Assembly (NCBI GenBank): GCA_965652295.1
Contig: CBFGTS010000008.1
Coordinates: 32,001 to 96,000 of the forward strand
Length of the DNA: 64,000 bases
Direction of reading: 5' to 3'
DNA from: an uncultured Haloferula sp.
GTDB taxonomy: Bacteria > Verrucomicrobiota > Verrucomicrobiia > Verrucomicrobiales > Akkermansiaceae
Position numbers and translations under genes: made by a program. Below are positions 43,810 to 53,371 of the stretch, in pieces; within the stretch, counting starts at the first letter, position 1; the number at the start of each line of letters is the position of its first letter. A model generated the notes under the pieces. It was not told the DNA's origin and made no database searches. It saw only the letters and a list, made by a program, of their open reading frames with translations.

Positions 43810-43823
43810 GGAAAAGAGCGGAT

Positions 43824-44699
43824 TTACCAAGGGCCGCTGGGACGGCGGGGCCGCTGCTGTTGCTGTTGTTGGAGCCGCTGATAATTCTCCATGGCTTGGC
43901 CGCGGCGGTTGTTTTGCTGCTGTTGTGGCTGGGCTTGGGGCGCTTGCCGTTGGGGCGGCTCCGGCCGCGAATGGATCCGGGGAGCCGGGCGGGTGCGGTC
44001 GGCCTGCTCGCGGCGGGCCTGTTGCTGCCAGGTGGAGCGTTGGTTCTGCGCAGCCTGTTGCTGCTGTTGTTGCCAGCGCGATCGTTGGCTCGGCGCGGCC
44101 TGCGGTTGCTGGCGCACCGCTTGTTGCCGGGCGGCGGCTCGCTGGTTCCAGAGATTCGGAGCCTGGCGGGCGTCGTTATTCCGGCTGTCGAACTGCGGGC
44201 GGCCCTGCGGCGCACGGTTCTGCTGGCGCTGGAAATTGGCGGCGCGCTGGACCTGCTGGCGCTGCCATCCGGAAACGGCGGAGTCCTGGCGGACGCGGAC
44301 GTTCTGCGCCCACTGGTAGTTCCTTTGGCGGAGAAGCGCCTGCCGATCCCGGTAGTTCTGGAGCTGGCGGAAGCGCACTTCACGGGGAGTCGGGCACGCA
44401 CCGCGACCACTCCAGCCATAGGGGTGGGGGGCGTGGTAGATCGGCCGCGGGCAGTAGCCGGACGGGTAGTATCCGTAGAGGAACGGATCGTAGTAGAGAC
44501 TGCGTTGCACGTCGTAGTAGCAGCGGACGGTGGGATCGTACAACCAGCGGCTGCTGCTGGTGTGGACGAAGGTGGTTCCGCCACCGCCGGCATAGCCGTA
44601 GGAGGCGGAATAGTCGGCGCCGTAGGGGTCGTAGGCGCAGGAGGAGAGCCCTGCGGCGGCAAGCGCGAGCAGGGCGACGGTGCGGATGGTGGCCATCAT
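43824..44699 (-). CDS. Lipoprotein with Tyr/Pro-rich N-terminal half and Gln/Arg-rich low-complexity tail
   Basis: Lipobox LSSC after hydrophobic leader. YYDPFLYGYYPSGY region. Poly-Q runs (WQQQQQQ, LQQQQQQ). Confidence 0.8.
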   Translation of the reverse strand: MMATIRTVALLALAAAGLSSCAYDPYGADYSASYGYAGGGGTTFVHTSSSRWLYDPTVRCYYDVQRSLYYDPFLYGYYPSGYCPRPIYHAPHPYGWSGRGACPTPREVRFRQLQNYRDRQALLRQRNYQWAQNVRVRQDSAVSGWQRQQVQRAANFQRQQNRAPQGRPQFDSRNNDARQAPNLWNQRAAARQQAVRQQPQAAPSQRSRWQQQQQQAAQNQRSTWQQQARREQADRTRPAPRIHSRPEPPQRQAPQAQPQQQQNNRRGQAMENYQRLQQQQQQRPRRPSGPW

Positions 44700-44787
44700 G
44701 GTCATTGGGACGAGGGTTCGGTGATTTTATTCATGCGACGCGTCATCGTTGACACTCCGGCCGGGCTTCCGTTTTCTCGGCGTTCGA

Positions 44788-45795
44788 ATGAAGTCAGAAG
44801 CGCCGATATTGGTAACGGGCGGGGCGGGGTACATCGGGTCGCATACGGTGCGGCTTCTCGCCGAGCAGGGAAGGAAAGTCGTGGTGCTGGACAATCTGGT
44901 CTTCGGCCACCGCGAGGCGGTGATTTCGGAAGGGGTGGAGTTCGTGGAAGGAGCCGTCGGCGACCGTGCGTTGCTTGAGTCGCTTTTCAAGAAACACGGG
45001 TTTTCCGCAGTCGTCCACTTCGCGGCATACGCCTACGTGGGAGAATCTGTCAGCAATCCGCTGAAATACTACCGCAACAATACGGCGGAGCCTCTCACGC
45101 TGCTGGAGGTGATGCAGGAGCACGGCTGCAAGTGCTTCGTCTTTTCGTCCACTTGCGCCACCTACGGCGTTCCCGCATCGATCCCGATCGTCGAATCCAA
45201 CCCGCAGGACCCGATCAATCCCTACGGCCGCAGCAAGCTGATGGTGGAGTGGATGCTGCGGGACTGCGATCATGCCTGGGGCCTGAAGAGCGCCTGCCTG
45301 CGCTACTTCAATGCCAGCGGCGCGGCGGAGGACGGTGCCATCGGTGAGGACCATGACCCGGAAACCCACCTTATTCCCCGAGTGCTGATGGCCGTGACCG
45401 GCGAAATTTCGCACGTCGATGTGTTCGGCACCGACTACCCGACTCCGGATGGCACCTGCATCCGCGATTACATTCACGTCAACGACCTCGCCGACGCCCA
45501 TGCCAAGGCGCTCGACCACCTTGCGGGAGGAGGCGATTCGATCCGCTGCAATCTGGGGACCGGCGTCGGGGTCTCGGTGCGCGAAATCATCGATGCGGTC
45601 GAAGAAGTGACCGGGAAAAAGGTTCCGGTGCAGCTCGGGCCTCGTCGTGAGGGAGATCCGCCCCAGTTGCTTGCCGACCCCTCCCTGGCTCGCGAGCAAA
45701 TTGGCTGGGAGGCGCAGCACAAGGACGTCCGCGATATGGTGAAATCCGCCTGGGCGTGGATGAACGGACCCCATCAGGGACGCTATCCCCGGTAA
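44788..45795 (+). CDS. galE: UDP-glucose 4-epimerase
   Basis: ILVTGGAGYIGSHTV, HFAAYAYVGES, FSSTCATYG, PYGRSK, LRYFNA, DGTCIRDYIHV. Promoter-like TTGACA-17-TTTTCT at 44749-44777. Confidence 0.96.
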   Translation: MKSEAPILVTGGAGYIGSHTVRLLAEQGRKVVVLDNLVFGHREAVISEGVEFVEGAVGDRALLESLFKKHGFSAVVHFAAYAYVGESVSNPLKYYRNNTAEPLTLLEVMQEHGCKCFVFSSTCATYGVPASIPIVESNPQDPINPYGRSKLMVEWMLRDCDHAWGLKSACLRYFNASGAAEDGAIGEDHDPETHLIPRVLMAVTGEISHVDVFGTDYPTPDGTCIRDYIHVNDLADAHAKALDHLAGGGDSIRCNLGTGVGVSVREIIDAVEEVTGKKVPVQLGPRREGDPPQLLADPSLAREQIGWEAQHKDVRDMVKSAWAWMNGPHQGRYPR

Positions 45796-45874
45796 GGGGT
45801 ATGTATTCTCGATGTAATCACATTCCGGCTTGCCATCCCATGTAGCAGAGGCCAAAGTCTTCAAAGCAAAACCC

Positions 45875-46570
45875 ATGATTCCTCACTCATCCAAACGCTC
45901 CCGTGGCTTTACGCTGGTCGAGCTATTGGTGGTCGTCCTGATCATCAGCATCCTGCTGACCCTTGGCTCCGCCGCCCTTCGGGGTGCGGGGGGCAAAGGG
46001 GTGACGACCGCCGTGGCGACCTCCGAAGCGATTTTTGAAGAAGCCCGTTCGGTCGCGATCGGGAAAGGGACCACCTCGCGGGTTCTCGTCGATGTCGGCA
46101 ACGTGCGGTCCGACACCTACCTTCGGCGCATCCTGGTGGCTTACCTCGCTCTTGATGAAGACGGCAACCCGGTCGAAGGCGACTGGGAGTTGTCCAGTCG
46201 GGGCTACACCTTCCCTGATGGAGTGTTTTTCAGCCAGCAGTTCAGCAAAAAGGACTTCCAGTCCGGGGGCGGCGGTCAGATGGACGAGATGACCCTCTCC
46301 GGAGTCTCCGGCCTCTTCAATGGCCGTTACCTCTATTACGAATTCAATTCGGAAGGCATCTGCACCACCGGCTTGAGTCCGACGGGAGACTACCAGAGCC
46401 CGAGCTTTGTCATCGGCCACGGTGCCCTGCCGAGCGGCAGCCCCGACCCGCGCACGACTTCTGAAGGTCGGCGGAATTTCGGCGGCTTCGTGATCTGGCG
46501 CAACGGTGCCACCTCGACCTTCCGCGATCCTTCCCAGATCCTCGGCGATCGCGATCCAACCACCTTCTGA
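45875..46570 (+). CDS. Prepilin-type N-methylation protein (Verru_Chthon D-like)
   Basis: KRSRG-FTLVELLVVVLII; EEARSVAI. Confidence 0.85.
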   Translation: MIPHSSKRSRGFTLVELLVVVLIISILLTLGSAALRGAGGKGVTTAVATSEAIFEEARSVAIGKGTTSRVLVDVGNVRSDTYLRRILVAYLALDEDGNPVEGDWELSSRGYTFPDGVFFSQQFSKKDFQSGGGGQMDEMTLSGVSGLFNGRYLYYEFNSEGICTTGLSPTGDYQSPSFVIGHGALPSGSPDPRTTSEGRRNFGGFVIWRNGATSTFRDPSQILGDRDPTTF

Positions 46571-46575
46571 CCCGC

Positions 46576-47286
46576 ATGAAACCCACTACAAATGTCGGCC
46601 GTGCCCGCGGCTTCACGCTCATGGAAACCGTCATCGCCATCGGCGTGTTGGCGGTGCTTTTGACCGCTTTCCTCGCGGTGTTCGGCCCGGCGGCCCAAGG
46701 CATTCGCAAGGCGGTCAGTGTGCAGGACGCGGACCGCTTGGCCTACGCATTGGAAAAAGAGTTGGTGACGTTGCGTGCGGGAGCGTCGGAGACCTACGCT
46801 ACGGGGTTTGAAAAGGCTTACAACTGGATCCAGGAGAGTGCCGAAGAGCCGCTTCTGATCTACCAGTATAAAGGCGATCCGAAGTCCATCCGCGAAGACG
46901 GGACGATGGAGCCTTTCACCGAGGCCGATGGCACCGCCGGGCAGGACTTTATCATTCAGCCGGTGGTGCGTCGCCGCGACTCCGCCCAACTGGAGGAGGA
47001 GCTGCGGGCCATTCAAGGCCGGGTGTTCACTGCCAAACTCACGCAGCTCGTTTTTGACGGCGAAGCTTGGACCAAAGGCGAGTCCGGCGAGATCGTCGAT
47101 CCCACGCCGGATGACAACGACGTCGTTTCCGGCAGCGGGGTGGAGTCCTATCCGGAAGCCGTGATCGCGTTCTCCGCGGAATTTTTCGAGGTTCCGAATT
47201 CCTCCTACGAATACATCAGCTCACGTCTGACCATGGATCGTCTGAAAAACCCGGTTTTCGTGCGCAACCTCGCCGTCCGGCGCTGA
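46576..47286 (+). CDS. Prepilin-type N-methylation protein (Verru_Chthon B-like)
   Basis: RARG-FTLMETVIAIGV. Confidence 0.85.
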   Translation: MKPTTNVGRARGFTLMETVIAIGVLAVLLTAFLAVFGPAAQGIRKAVSVQDADRLAYALEKELVTLRAGASETYATGFEKAYNWIQESAEEPLLIYQYKGDPKSIREDGTMEPFTEADGTAGQDFIIQPVVRRRDSAQLEEELRAIQGRVFTAKLTQLVFDGEAWTKGESGEIVDPTPDDNDVVSGSGVESYPEAVIAFSAEFFEVPNSSYEYISSRLTMDRLKNPVFVRNLAVRR

Positions 47287-47307
47287 CGATCCCCTTTGAG
47301 AAAGCCT

Positions 47308-48246
47308 ATGAAAAACCCTTCAAAACCTTTCCGCCGCGGAGGCTTCACGCTGATCGAACTCATGGTCGCGATGGGGATCACGGCGGTCATCGTCACCGTG
47401 CTGGTAACGATCACCAGCGTCGCCACCGACACTTGGACGCGCAGTCGTTCGGAGGTCCGTGCGGCACGTCAGGCCAAAGTGATGCTCGATACGATGGCAA
47501 AGGACTTCGAGTCGATGGTTTCCCGCCGCGGCACCACCGCCGAATGGTTGTTTGCCGGGGTGGATACCAGCTCCGGGCTGCCGCGCGTGACGCAAAATTC
47601 CGGGAGTGCGGGAGCTGCGGCGCAGCTGACTTTCATGACCGCGGCGACGGACCGCTACGCCGGCCAGATCGGGAACGAAACCTACGACCAGGGCGGTGAC
47701 GTCTCCTGCGTCTCCTACCGGCTGCGGTTCGACGATCCGATCAATGGCCAGCAGGATCCCGAATCATCGACCTACGTGATCTACCGGAAGCTCGTGAATC
47801 CGGACGAAACCTTTGAGAAGCTCCTGGGTGAACAGGACCTCAAGACCGCCTTCTCGACCTTCGAATCACAGGTGGACGATCAGCAGAACTTCGTGTGTGA
47901 AAACGTTCACCAATTCACCGTGACGTTCCTCGTCGAGGTTCCCCGCGCCTCGCAGGCCGGTGCCCAGGGCGGATACGATACCGTGCGCCTTACGCTTTCC
48001 ACCGACCAGCCGACGGCCGAATTCCGGCTCGATGGCACCGGCATCGAGACCACGCTCCAATCCACCAACTATAGCACCGAGCAGATCCAGACCGGTCGGC
48101 TGACGGGGGTCGAGATCAGTATTTCGGTGCTCTCGGACGCGGCCATGGTGCGGCTCAAGACCGGAGGAAACCGCGGGCTGAATCCCGACGACTACGCGCG
48201 GAACGTGTACCACTACTCCCGCTTGGTGACGGTTCCTTCGATGTGA
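47308..48246 (+). CDS. Prepilin-type N-methylation protein (PilW/Verru_Chthon C-like)
   Basis: RRGG-FTLIELMVAMGI; GDVSCVSYRL..FVCENV. Confidence 0.85.
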   Translation: MKNPSKPFRRGGFTLIELMVAMGITAVIVTVLVTITSVATDTWTRSRSEVRAARQAKVMLDTMAKDFESMVSRRGTTAEWLFAGVDTSSGLPRVTQNSGSAGAAAQLTFMTAATDRYAGQIGNETYDQGGDVSCVSYRLRFDDPINGQQDPESSTYVIYRKLVNPDETFEKLLGEQDLKTAFSTFESQVDDQQNFVCENVHQFTVTFLVEVPRASQAGAQGGYDTVRLTLSTDQPTAEFRLDGTGIETTLQSTNYSTEQIQTGRLTGVEISISVLSDAAMVRLKTGGNRGLNPDDYARNVYHYSRLVTVPSM

Positions 48247-48256
48247 CCGACTTCCT

Positions 48257-48292
48257 GCCCGCACCGTATCCGAGGTGCGGGCCTTTCTTTTT
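48257..48292 (+). terminator. Intrinsic terminator of pilin operon
   Basis: gcccgcacc / ggtgcgggc stem followed by ctttcttttt. Confidence 0.75.
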
Positions 48293-49371
48293 CATGATCT
48301 GAGGAACTCCACGGCTTCCTCCAGATCGGCCGGGCCGACGGCTTTTGAAACGAAGGCCGAGCCGGGTGAGTCGAGGAGGACGAAGCGGATGTCTCCCGCT
48401 TCGAACTTCTTGTCCTTGGACAGTTTCGCCATCACCTCATGGGTGTGGATGGCATCCGGCAGCCGGGTGGGAAGCTGAAAGCGTTTCAGCAGCGACAAGA
48501 CCTGCGCCGAGGCTTCCGGCGTAAGCCCGGCGTGGCGTTCACTGAGGAAAAGAGCCGCGCGGATGCCGAGCGAAATCGCCTCGCCATGAAGCATCTCACC
48601 GTAGGAAACGGCTGCCTCGATGCCGTGGCCGATGGTGTGCCCGAAGTTCAGGAGCGCCCGGGTGCCGGAAGTTTCGCGCTCGTCCTCGATCACGATCGCG
48701 GCCTTGATGGCGACGTTGCGTGCGATGAGATCCACGGGCACGTCCGGCGAGGAGGGATTCACGGTGGCGAGTTCGCCGAGCATGGCCGCGTCGCGGATGG
48801 CGGCATGCTTGATGACCTCGGCGAAGCCTTCGCGAAACTCCCGCCCGGGGAGGGTGCGCAGGGTCTCGGGATCGATGAGGACCAGACATGGCTGGTGGAA
48901 AGCTCCCACGAGGTTCTTTCCCTGCTTCAGGTTGATGCCTGTTTTTCCTCCGACCGAGGAATCGACCTGAGCGACGATCGTCGTGGGAATCTGAACGAAA
49001 GGAACGCCGCGGTAGAAAGACGCGGCCACGTAGCCTGCAAGATCGCCGACCACGCCGCCGCCCAAGGCGACGACGAAGGACGAGCGATCGTGGCCTGCGG
49101 CAGCCAGCTCCTCGTTCAGTGTCTCAAAAACCGAGAACGACTTGGACGCCTCGCCCGCCGGGATGACGTGGCGTGAGACGCTGATGCCTGCGCTTTCCAA
49201 GGAGGAAACGAGTGCGGCTCCGTGGTGGCGGTCGACATTGCTGTCCGTGATCACCGCGCAACGCCGGCCTAGGTTTAGATCGCGGATCCGGGTTCCGGAT
49301 TCCGTGAGCAGGCCGGGTGCGATGACGACCTCGTACTCGCGGCCGGGAAGGGAGACATGGACGGTCGGCAT
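48292..49371 (-). CDS. aroB: 3-dehydroquinate synthase
   Basis: GEASKS, ALGGGVVGDLAGYVAA, PTTIVAQVDSSVGGKTGIN, KNLVGAFHQP, RALLNFGHTIGH, HGEAISLG. Confidence 0.96.
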   Translation of the reverse strand: MPTVHVSLPGREYEVVIAPGLLTESGTRIRDLNLGRRCAVITDSNVDRHHGAALVSSLESAGISVSRHVIPAGEASKSFSVFETLNEELAAAGHDRSSFVVALGGGVVGDLAGYVAASFYRGVPFVQIPTTIVAQVDSSVGGKTGINLKQGKNLVGAFHQPCLVLIDPETLRTLPGREFREGFAEVIKHAAIRDAAMLGELATVNPSSPDVPVDLIARNVAIKAAIVIEDERETSGTRALLNFGHTIGHGIEAAVSYGEMLHGEAISLGIRAALFLSERHAGLTPEASAQVLSLLKRFQLPTRLPDAIHTHEVMAKLSKDKKFEAGDIRFVLLDSPGSAFVSKAVGPADLEEAVEFLRS

Positions 49372-49414
49372 GGGCGGAGAACAGCAGAAGGGCGGAGCGG
49401 CAGGCGAGGGAAAA

Positions 49415-50071
49415 TCACTTTCGGCGCAGGGCGCTCCAGTGGGACAGGTCGGGCCGGAGGAGGATTTCCACCCCCCGGTCCGCGAGGTCGTGGTCGGCGA
49501 TGACGTGCTCCAGCACCACGAGCGAGGCGGTCGCATCGAAGAGGGCGTCATGCCACTTGCGGTCGGGATGCATCGCGAAGACCCGCCCGGCCAGACCGAG
49601 GGCCTCGCAGATTTCGGAAAGCGAATGACTGGCGAGGCTGGGGTAGGCGCAGCGGGCGACCAGCAAGGTGTCGAGCCAAGGTCCGAACCGGTGCCCGGGA
49701 AAGGCACGCAGGAAGCGCTTTTCCGTGCCGACGCCGTGGGCCACGACGACGGCACCGGAAAGCTGCCGCTTCACCGATCCCCAGAGCTCCTGCAGTCGGG
49801 GGGCGCCGGCGAGGTCATCGTCGCGGATTCCGTGGACCTTGCGAGCCGACCAGGTGATCTTCTGCCCGGAGTGGAGGTAGGAGTGGAAAGCGTCGCGATG
49901 GCCGCCGGCCAGCGACCACACGGCCATCCCGAGCTGCACCGGCGTGTCGGTGCGACCACGCGCCGCACCCGCCGATTCGAAATCAATCGCGGCGAAGGTT
50001 GCGTCTTTCAACAAGGGGCCCGGGTCCACTTCCCGAGGCAAGCGTTCGGGGAGCGGTGGAGCAATCCTCAT
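49415..50071 (-). CDS. DEDDh 3'-5' exonuclease (DNA pol III epsilon-like)
   Basis: AAIDFES, VHGI, VVAHG, WLDTL, HDALFDA. Confidence 0.88.
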   Translation of the reverse strand: MRIAPPLPERLPREVDPGPLLKDATFAAIDFESAGAARGRTDTPVQLGMAVWSLAGGHRDAFHSYLHSGQKITWSARKVHGIRDDDLAGAPRLQELWGSVKRQLSGAVVVAHGVGTEKRFLRAFPGHRFGPWLDTLLVARCAYPSLASHSLSEICEALGLAGRVFAMHPDRKWHDALFDATASLVVLEHVIADHDLADRGVEILLRPDLSHWSALRRK

Positions 50072-50130
50072 GTGAGAGCTCGAGCCCGGGCTTGCCATCC
50101 GGGAAGGAAGGGCGAAGGTGGCGGCGCTTG

Positions 50131-51048
50131 ATGTCGAAAGAGCGGATCCCCTGGTGGTTGTGGCCGAGCCTCTTGAGCCTCGACGCGCCCATGGTGGCGC
50201 TGGCCTGGCTGTATATGTTCGCCAGCGCCTGGCAGGTGACCTATCTGCCATGGCCGGCGTACGCCGCCCTCGGCCTCGCCGTGTGGAGCGTCTATGTGGT
50301 GGACCGGCTGATCGACGGTCGGCTGCGGGCGCAAGACGACCCCTTGCTCGGACGTCAGCACGAGTTCCACCGGCGGCACCGCACGCTTTTCAAGATCGGG
50401 CTGGTGGTCGCCGTCCTGCTGGAGCTCTGGCTGCTCGCCCACGAAGTGACGGGGGCGATCTTCACGTTCACGCCGATGGGGGGATGGGGGATCAACTACC
50501 TCGCCCCCGCGTTGCTTCTGGTCGCGGTGTTTTTCTATCTGGTGACGAGCTCGGCGGGGAGCACGGAAATCCCGCTATTCCGGAATTTCATCGCGGGAGC
50601 CGCGTTCGGCTACGGCACGGCCATGATGGCGCACATCTACGTGCCGTCGCAGGACGTCTACCCGCTGTTGGTTTCCCGGGAAATGATCGGGTTCTCGGTG
50701 CTCTGTGCCACGAACATCACCGCGATCCACCTGTGGGAGCGCTCCAGGATGTCGGACGATCCGGACGAGAAGGCCGCCATGGAAGGCATTCTAACCGTGC
50801 TCTTGACCCTCGTGGGCGGCAGTGCGCTGGTTTTCGCCTACCTCGACAATCCCAACATGTTCTTTTCCGGCCTCGACGGCAGTTCTTACCGCGCGCGCCC
50901 GTTCTTCTACGCGATCCTCATCACGTCGGCGCTGCTGTTGATGGTGAACCGCAACCGCCAGCGCTTCTCGCTGGAGGCTCTGCGTGGGTTGGCCGACCTC
51001 GCTATGATTGTTCCGCTCCCGCTCTTCCTGATCCTGTCGAGGGGGTGA
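50131..51048 (+). CDS. Multi-pass membrane protein (weakly UbiA-like)
   Basis: About 8 hydrophobic segments; LLSLDAP, VWSVYVVDRLID motif. Confidence 0.7.
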   Translation: MSKERIPWWLWPSLLSLDAPMVALAWLYMFASAWQVTYLPWPAYAALGLAVWSVYVVDRLIDGRLRAQDDPLLGRQHEFHRRHRTLFKIGLVVAVLLELWLLAHEVTGAIFTFTPMGGWGINYLAPALLLVAVFFYLVTSSAGSTEIPLFRNFIAGAAFGYGTAMMAHIYVPSQDVYPLLVSREMIGFSVLCATNITAIHLWERSRMSDDPDEKAAMEGILTVLLTLVGGSALVFAYLDNPNMFFSGLDGSSYRARPFFYAILITSALLLMVNRNRQRFSLEALRGLADLAMIVPLPLFLILSRG

Positions 51049-51094
51049 TCAGCGCTTGCCGCAGCTTGGTGGGGTTCCTAGCGTCGCCATTTCC

Positions 51095-51727
51095 ATGATC
51101 GAGCATTTTGACGAAAGGCGTCCCGCGTTCCTCATCCTTGGAGCCCCCGGCTCCGGCAAGGGCACCCAGGGGAAAATCCTCGGGTCCATCCCGCGCTTCT
51201 TCCACTGCGCGTGCGGCGACATCTTCCGCTCGCTCGATACCCGGACCGAGCTCGGCCAGAAATTCGTCGCCTACTCAAGCCGTGGCGAACTGGTACCGGA
51301 CGAACTCACCATCCAGCTTTGGAAGGCGCAGGTGGACAACTGGGCGGAAAGCCACGTTTACAAGCCGGACATCGATTTCCTGATCCTCGACGGCATTCCC
51401 CGGAACGTCGAGCAGGCGCGGATGATCGATGAATTCCTGCACGTCCATCAGATCTTCCATCTCTCCTGCCCGGACCGCCACGAGCTGGCGCGCCGGATGC
51501 GCAAGCGGGCGCTCAAGGAGAACCGGATGGACGATGCTTCGGAGGCCGTCATTCAGAATCGGATCACCACCTATGAGGCGGAAACCAAGCCGATCCTGGA
51601 TCACTATGGAGTGGATCTGGTGACGAACATCGATGCCACCCGCCAGCCGGTCGAAGTGCTCGCGGCGATCATTTCCACGATCGTTGCTCTGCCGGTTTAC
51701 TCCCAATTCACGCGTTCCGGCATTTGA
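51095..51727 (+). CDS. adk: Adenylate kinase-family nucleoside monophosphate kinase (short LID)
   Basis: GAPGSGKGTQG, GDIFR, GELVPD, LDGIPR, RMDD. Confidence 0.85.
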   Translation: MIEHFDERRPAFLILGAPGSGKGTQGKILGSIPRFFHCACGDIFRSLDTRTELGQKFVAYSSRGELVPDELTIQLWKAQVDNWAESHVYKPDIDFLILDGIPRNVEQARMIDEFLHVHQIFHLSCPDRHELARRMRKRALKENRMDDASEAVIQNRITTYEAETKPILDHYGVDLVTNIDATRQPVEVLAAIISTIVALPVYSQFTRSGI

Positions 51728-52668
51728 TGAGCTCCGCGCGCATCGTTTTCATGGGAACGGGGGAGATCGCTCTCCCGTCGTTCCATTGGCTCATGGAGTC
51801 GGGCCATGCGCCGATTGCCCTCGTCACGCAGCCGGACCGGCCTGCCGGGCGTCGCCGGGAACTGAAGCCGTCCGCCCTCAAGCTTGCCGCCTCCGTCGCG
51901 GGGATTCCGGTGATGCAGCCGGAAAAAGTCCGCGACCCTCATTTCCTCGATCAGCTTGAGGCGCTACGGCCGGACCTCATCGTGGTCATGGCCTACGGCC
52001 AGATTCTCCCGCTCCGGCTCATCGACATGCCTCCTCTGGGCTGCGTCAACCTCCATGCCTCACTTCTGCCCAAGTATCGCGGAGCTGCCTGCATCCAGGC
52101 TGCTCTCGATGCGGGCGACGTGGAAACCGGGGTGACCCTCATGCACGTGGTCAAGGAACTCGATGCGGGCGACGTCATTCTCACCAAGCGCACCCCGATC
52201 TCGGACAGCGACACCGGCGGGAGTCTGCACGATCGTCTTTCTCTGGTGGCGCGGGATGCGCTCGCGGAAGGCCTGCCCGGGCTGCTTGAAGGTGTCGCCC
52301 CACGGGTTTCGCAGGCGGAACTGGGTCCGGCGAGTCATGTGCCCAAGCTGGAGCGCGACGATGGCCGGATCGACTGGACTTGGTCTGCGGACCGATTGGG
52401 GCGACGGATCCGCGCCTATGATCCATGGCCGGGGTGTTGGGCTGAAATGCCTGACGGCAAGCGGATTAAAATCATCGCTGCCGAGGTATGCGAGAGCGAG
52501 TATCCAGCGGATCCCGGGAGGCTCGGCGAAACCTACGTCGGCCCCGTCGTCATGTGCGGAGAGGGTGCGCTTCTCTTGAAGGAAGTTCAGGCAGAGGGCA
52601 CGCGAAGGATGCCGGCTGCCGACTGGTGGCGTGGTTTCCGGGGCTCTCCGCCCGAACGTCTCGGTTGA
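51727..52668 (+). CDS. fmt: Methionyl-tRNA formyltransferase
   Basis: IVFMGT, VTQPDRPAGR, VVMAYGQIL, NLHASLLPKYRGAA, ELDAGD. Confidence 0.96.
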   Translation: MSSARIVFMGTGEIALPSFHWLMESGHAPIALVTQPDRPAGRRRELKPSALKLAASVAGIPVMQPEKVRDPHFLDQLEALRPDLIVVMAYGQILPLRLIDMPPLGCVNLHASLLPKYRGAACIQAALDAGDVETGVTLMHVVKELDAGDVILTKRTPISDSDTGGSLHDRLSLVARDALAEGLPGLLEGVAPRVSQAELGPASHVPKLERDDGRIDWTWSADRLGRRIRAYDPWPGCWAEMPDGKRIKIIAAEVCESEYPADPGRLGETYVGPVVMCGEGALLLKEVQAEGTRRMPAADWWRGFRGSPPERLG

Positions 52669-52699
52669 TCCCGCCGAAGCAGGGTGTCATGCTGCCGCC

Positions 52700-53239
52700 A
52701 TGAAATTCCTGCTTCCGTGGATAGCGGCATTGACGATCTGCCACGCGACCACGCTCTCGGTGGTGCCTGTTTTCGAGCCGCTCAGCCTCCGCTCCACGGA
52801 CGTCGACGACCTGCTCAGCGAATCCGGCGAGGCGCTTCAGGCGACGGTGATGTCGCGGCCGATGGCGCTCAGCGGCGCGTTCCCGGAGACCTTGGTCGAT
52901 GCCATTGCCACGCCCCATAAATTCCACACCAACGACCCCCAGTACACGGTCGAGGAAGTGAACCTGCTGGTTCTCTGCCGGGTGAAGATCGCCGCCACCC
53001 TCGAAGACGATGGTCTTCACGTCGTGCTCGACGTTTCCGAACTCTTGATCCCGGAAGATGTCGACATCACCTCGCGGCAGCTGCTACGTCTCGCGATGCT
53101 GGCGGTGCGTCGGACGCTTGAGGAATACCAGCGGCCGCAGGCTGACGAGCTGGTGGTGAAATTGCTCGTCGAAGGCACCTCGCTGGAGACCGAGTCGCTC
53201 AAGGAACTCGCTACTGACTACGTTCTCAACGGCTCGTGA
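52700..53239 (+). CDS. Secreted hypothetical protein
   Basis: Signal peptide MKFLLPWIAALTICHA. TTGATC-17-CATGCT ends 6 nt before the ATG. Confidence 0.7.
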   Translation: MKFLLPWIAALTICHATTLSVVPVFEPLSLRSTDVDDLLSESGEALQATVMSRPMALSGAFPETLVDAIATPHKFHTNDPQYTVEEVNLLVLCRVKIAATLEDDGLHVVLDVSELLIPEDVDITSRQLLRLAMLAVRRTLEEYQRPQADELVVKLLVEGTSLETESLKELATDYVLNGS

Positions 53240-53371
53240 GTGCGGTTTCATCCGGGGTGGTTTCCATGGTGATCGGAAACTGACACCCTCCCGGCGTTGA
53301 TTCCCTTCCGACGTGGGGGTTTACTCGGCGCGGGAAACGGTTCCCCATTCATTTATTCCACTTCTGCGACC

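Noticed and set aside
43650..44978. Leu-rich + strand ORF as a membrane protein
   Set aside because: Antisense mirror of the CAG-rich Gln lipoprotein, which has a proper lipobox.
50131..51048. Calling this an EboC/UbiA partner of the EboD-like cyclase
   Set aside because: Only one weak Asp motif and 15 kb away; insufficient support.
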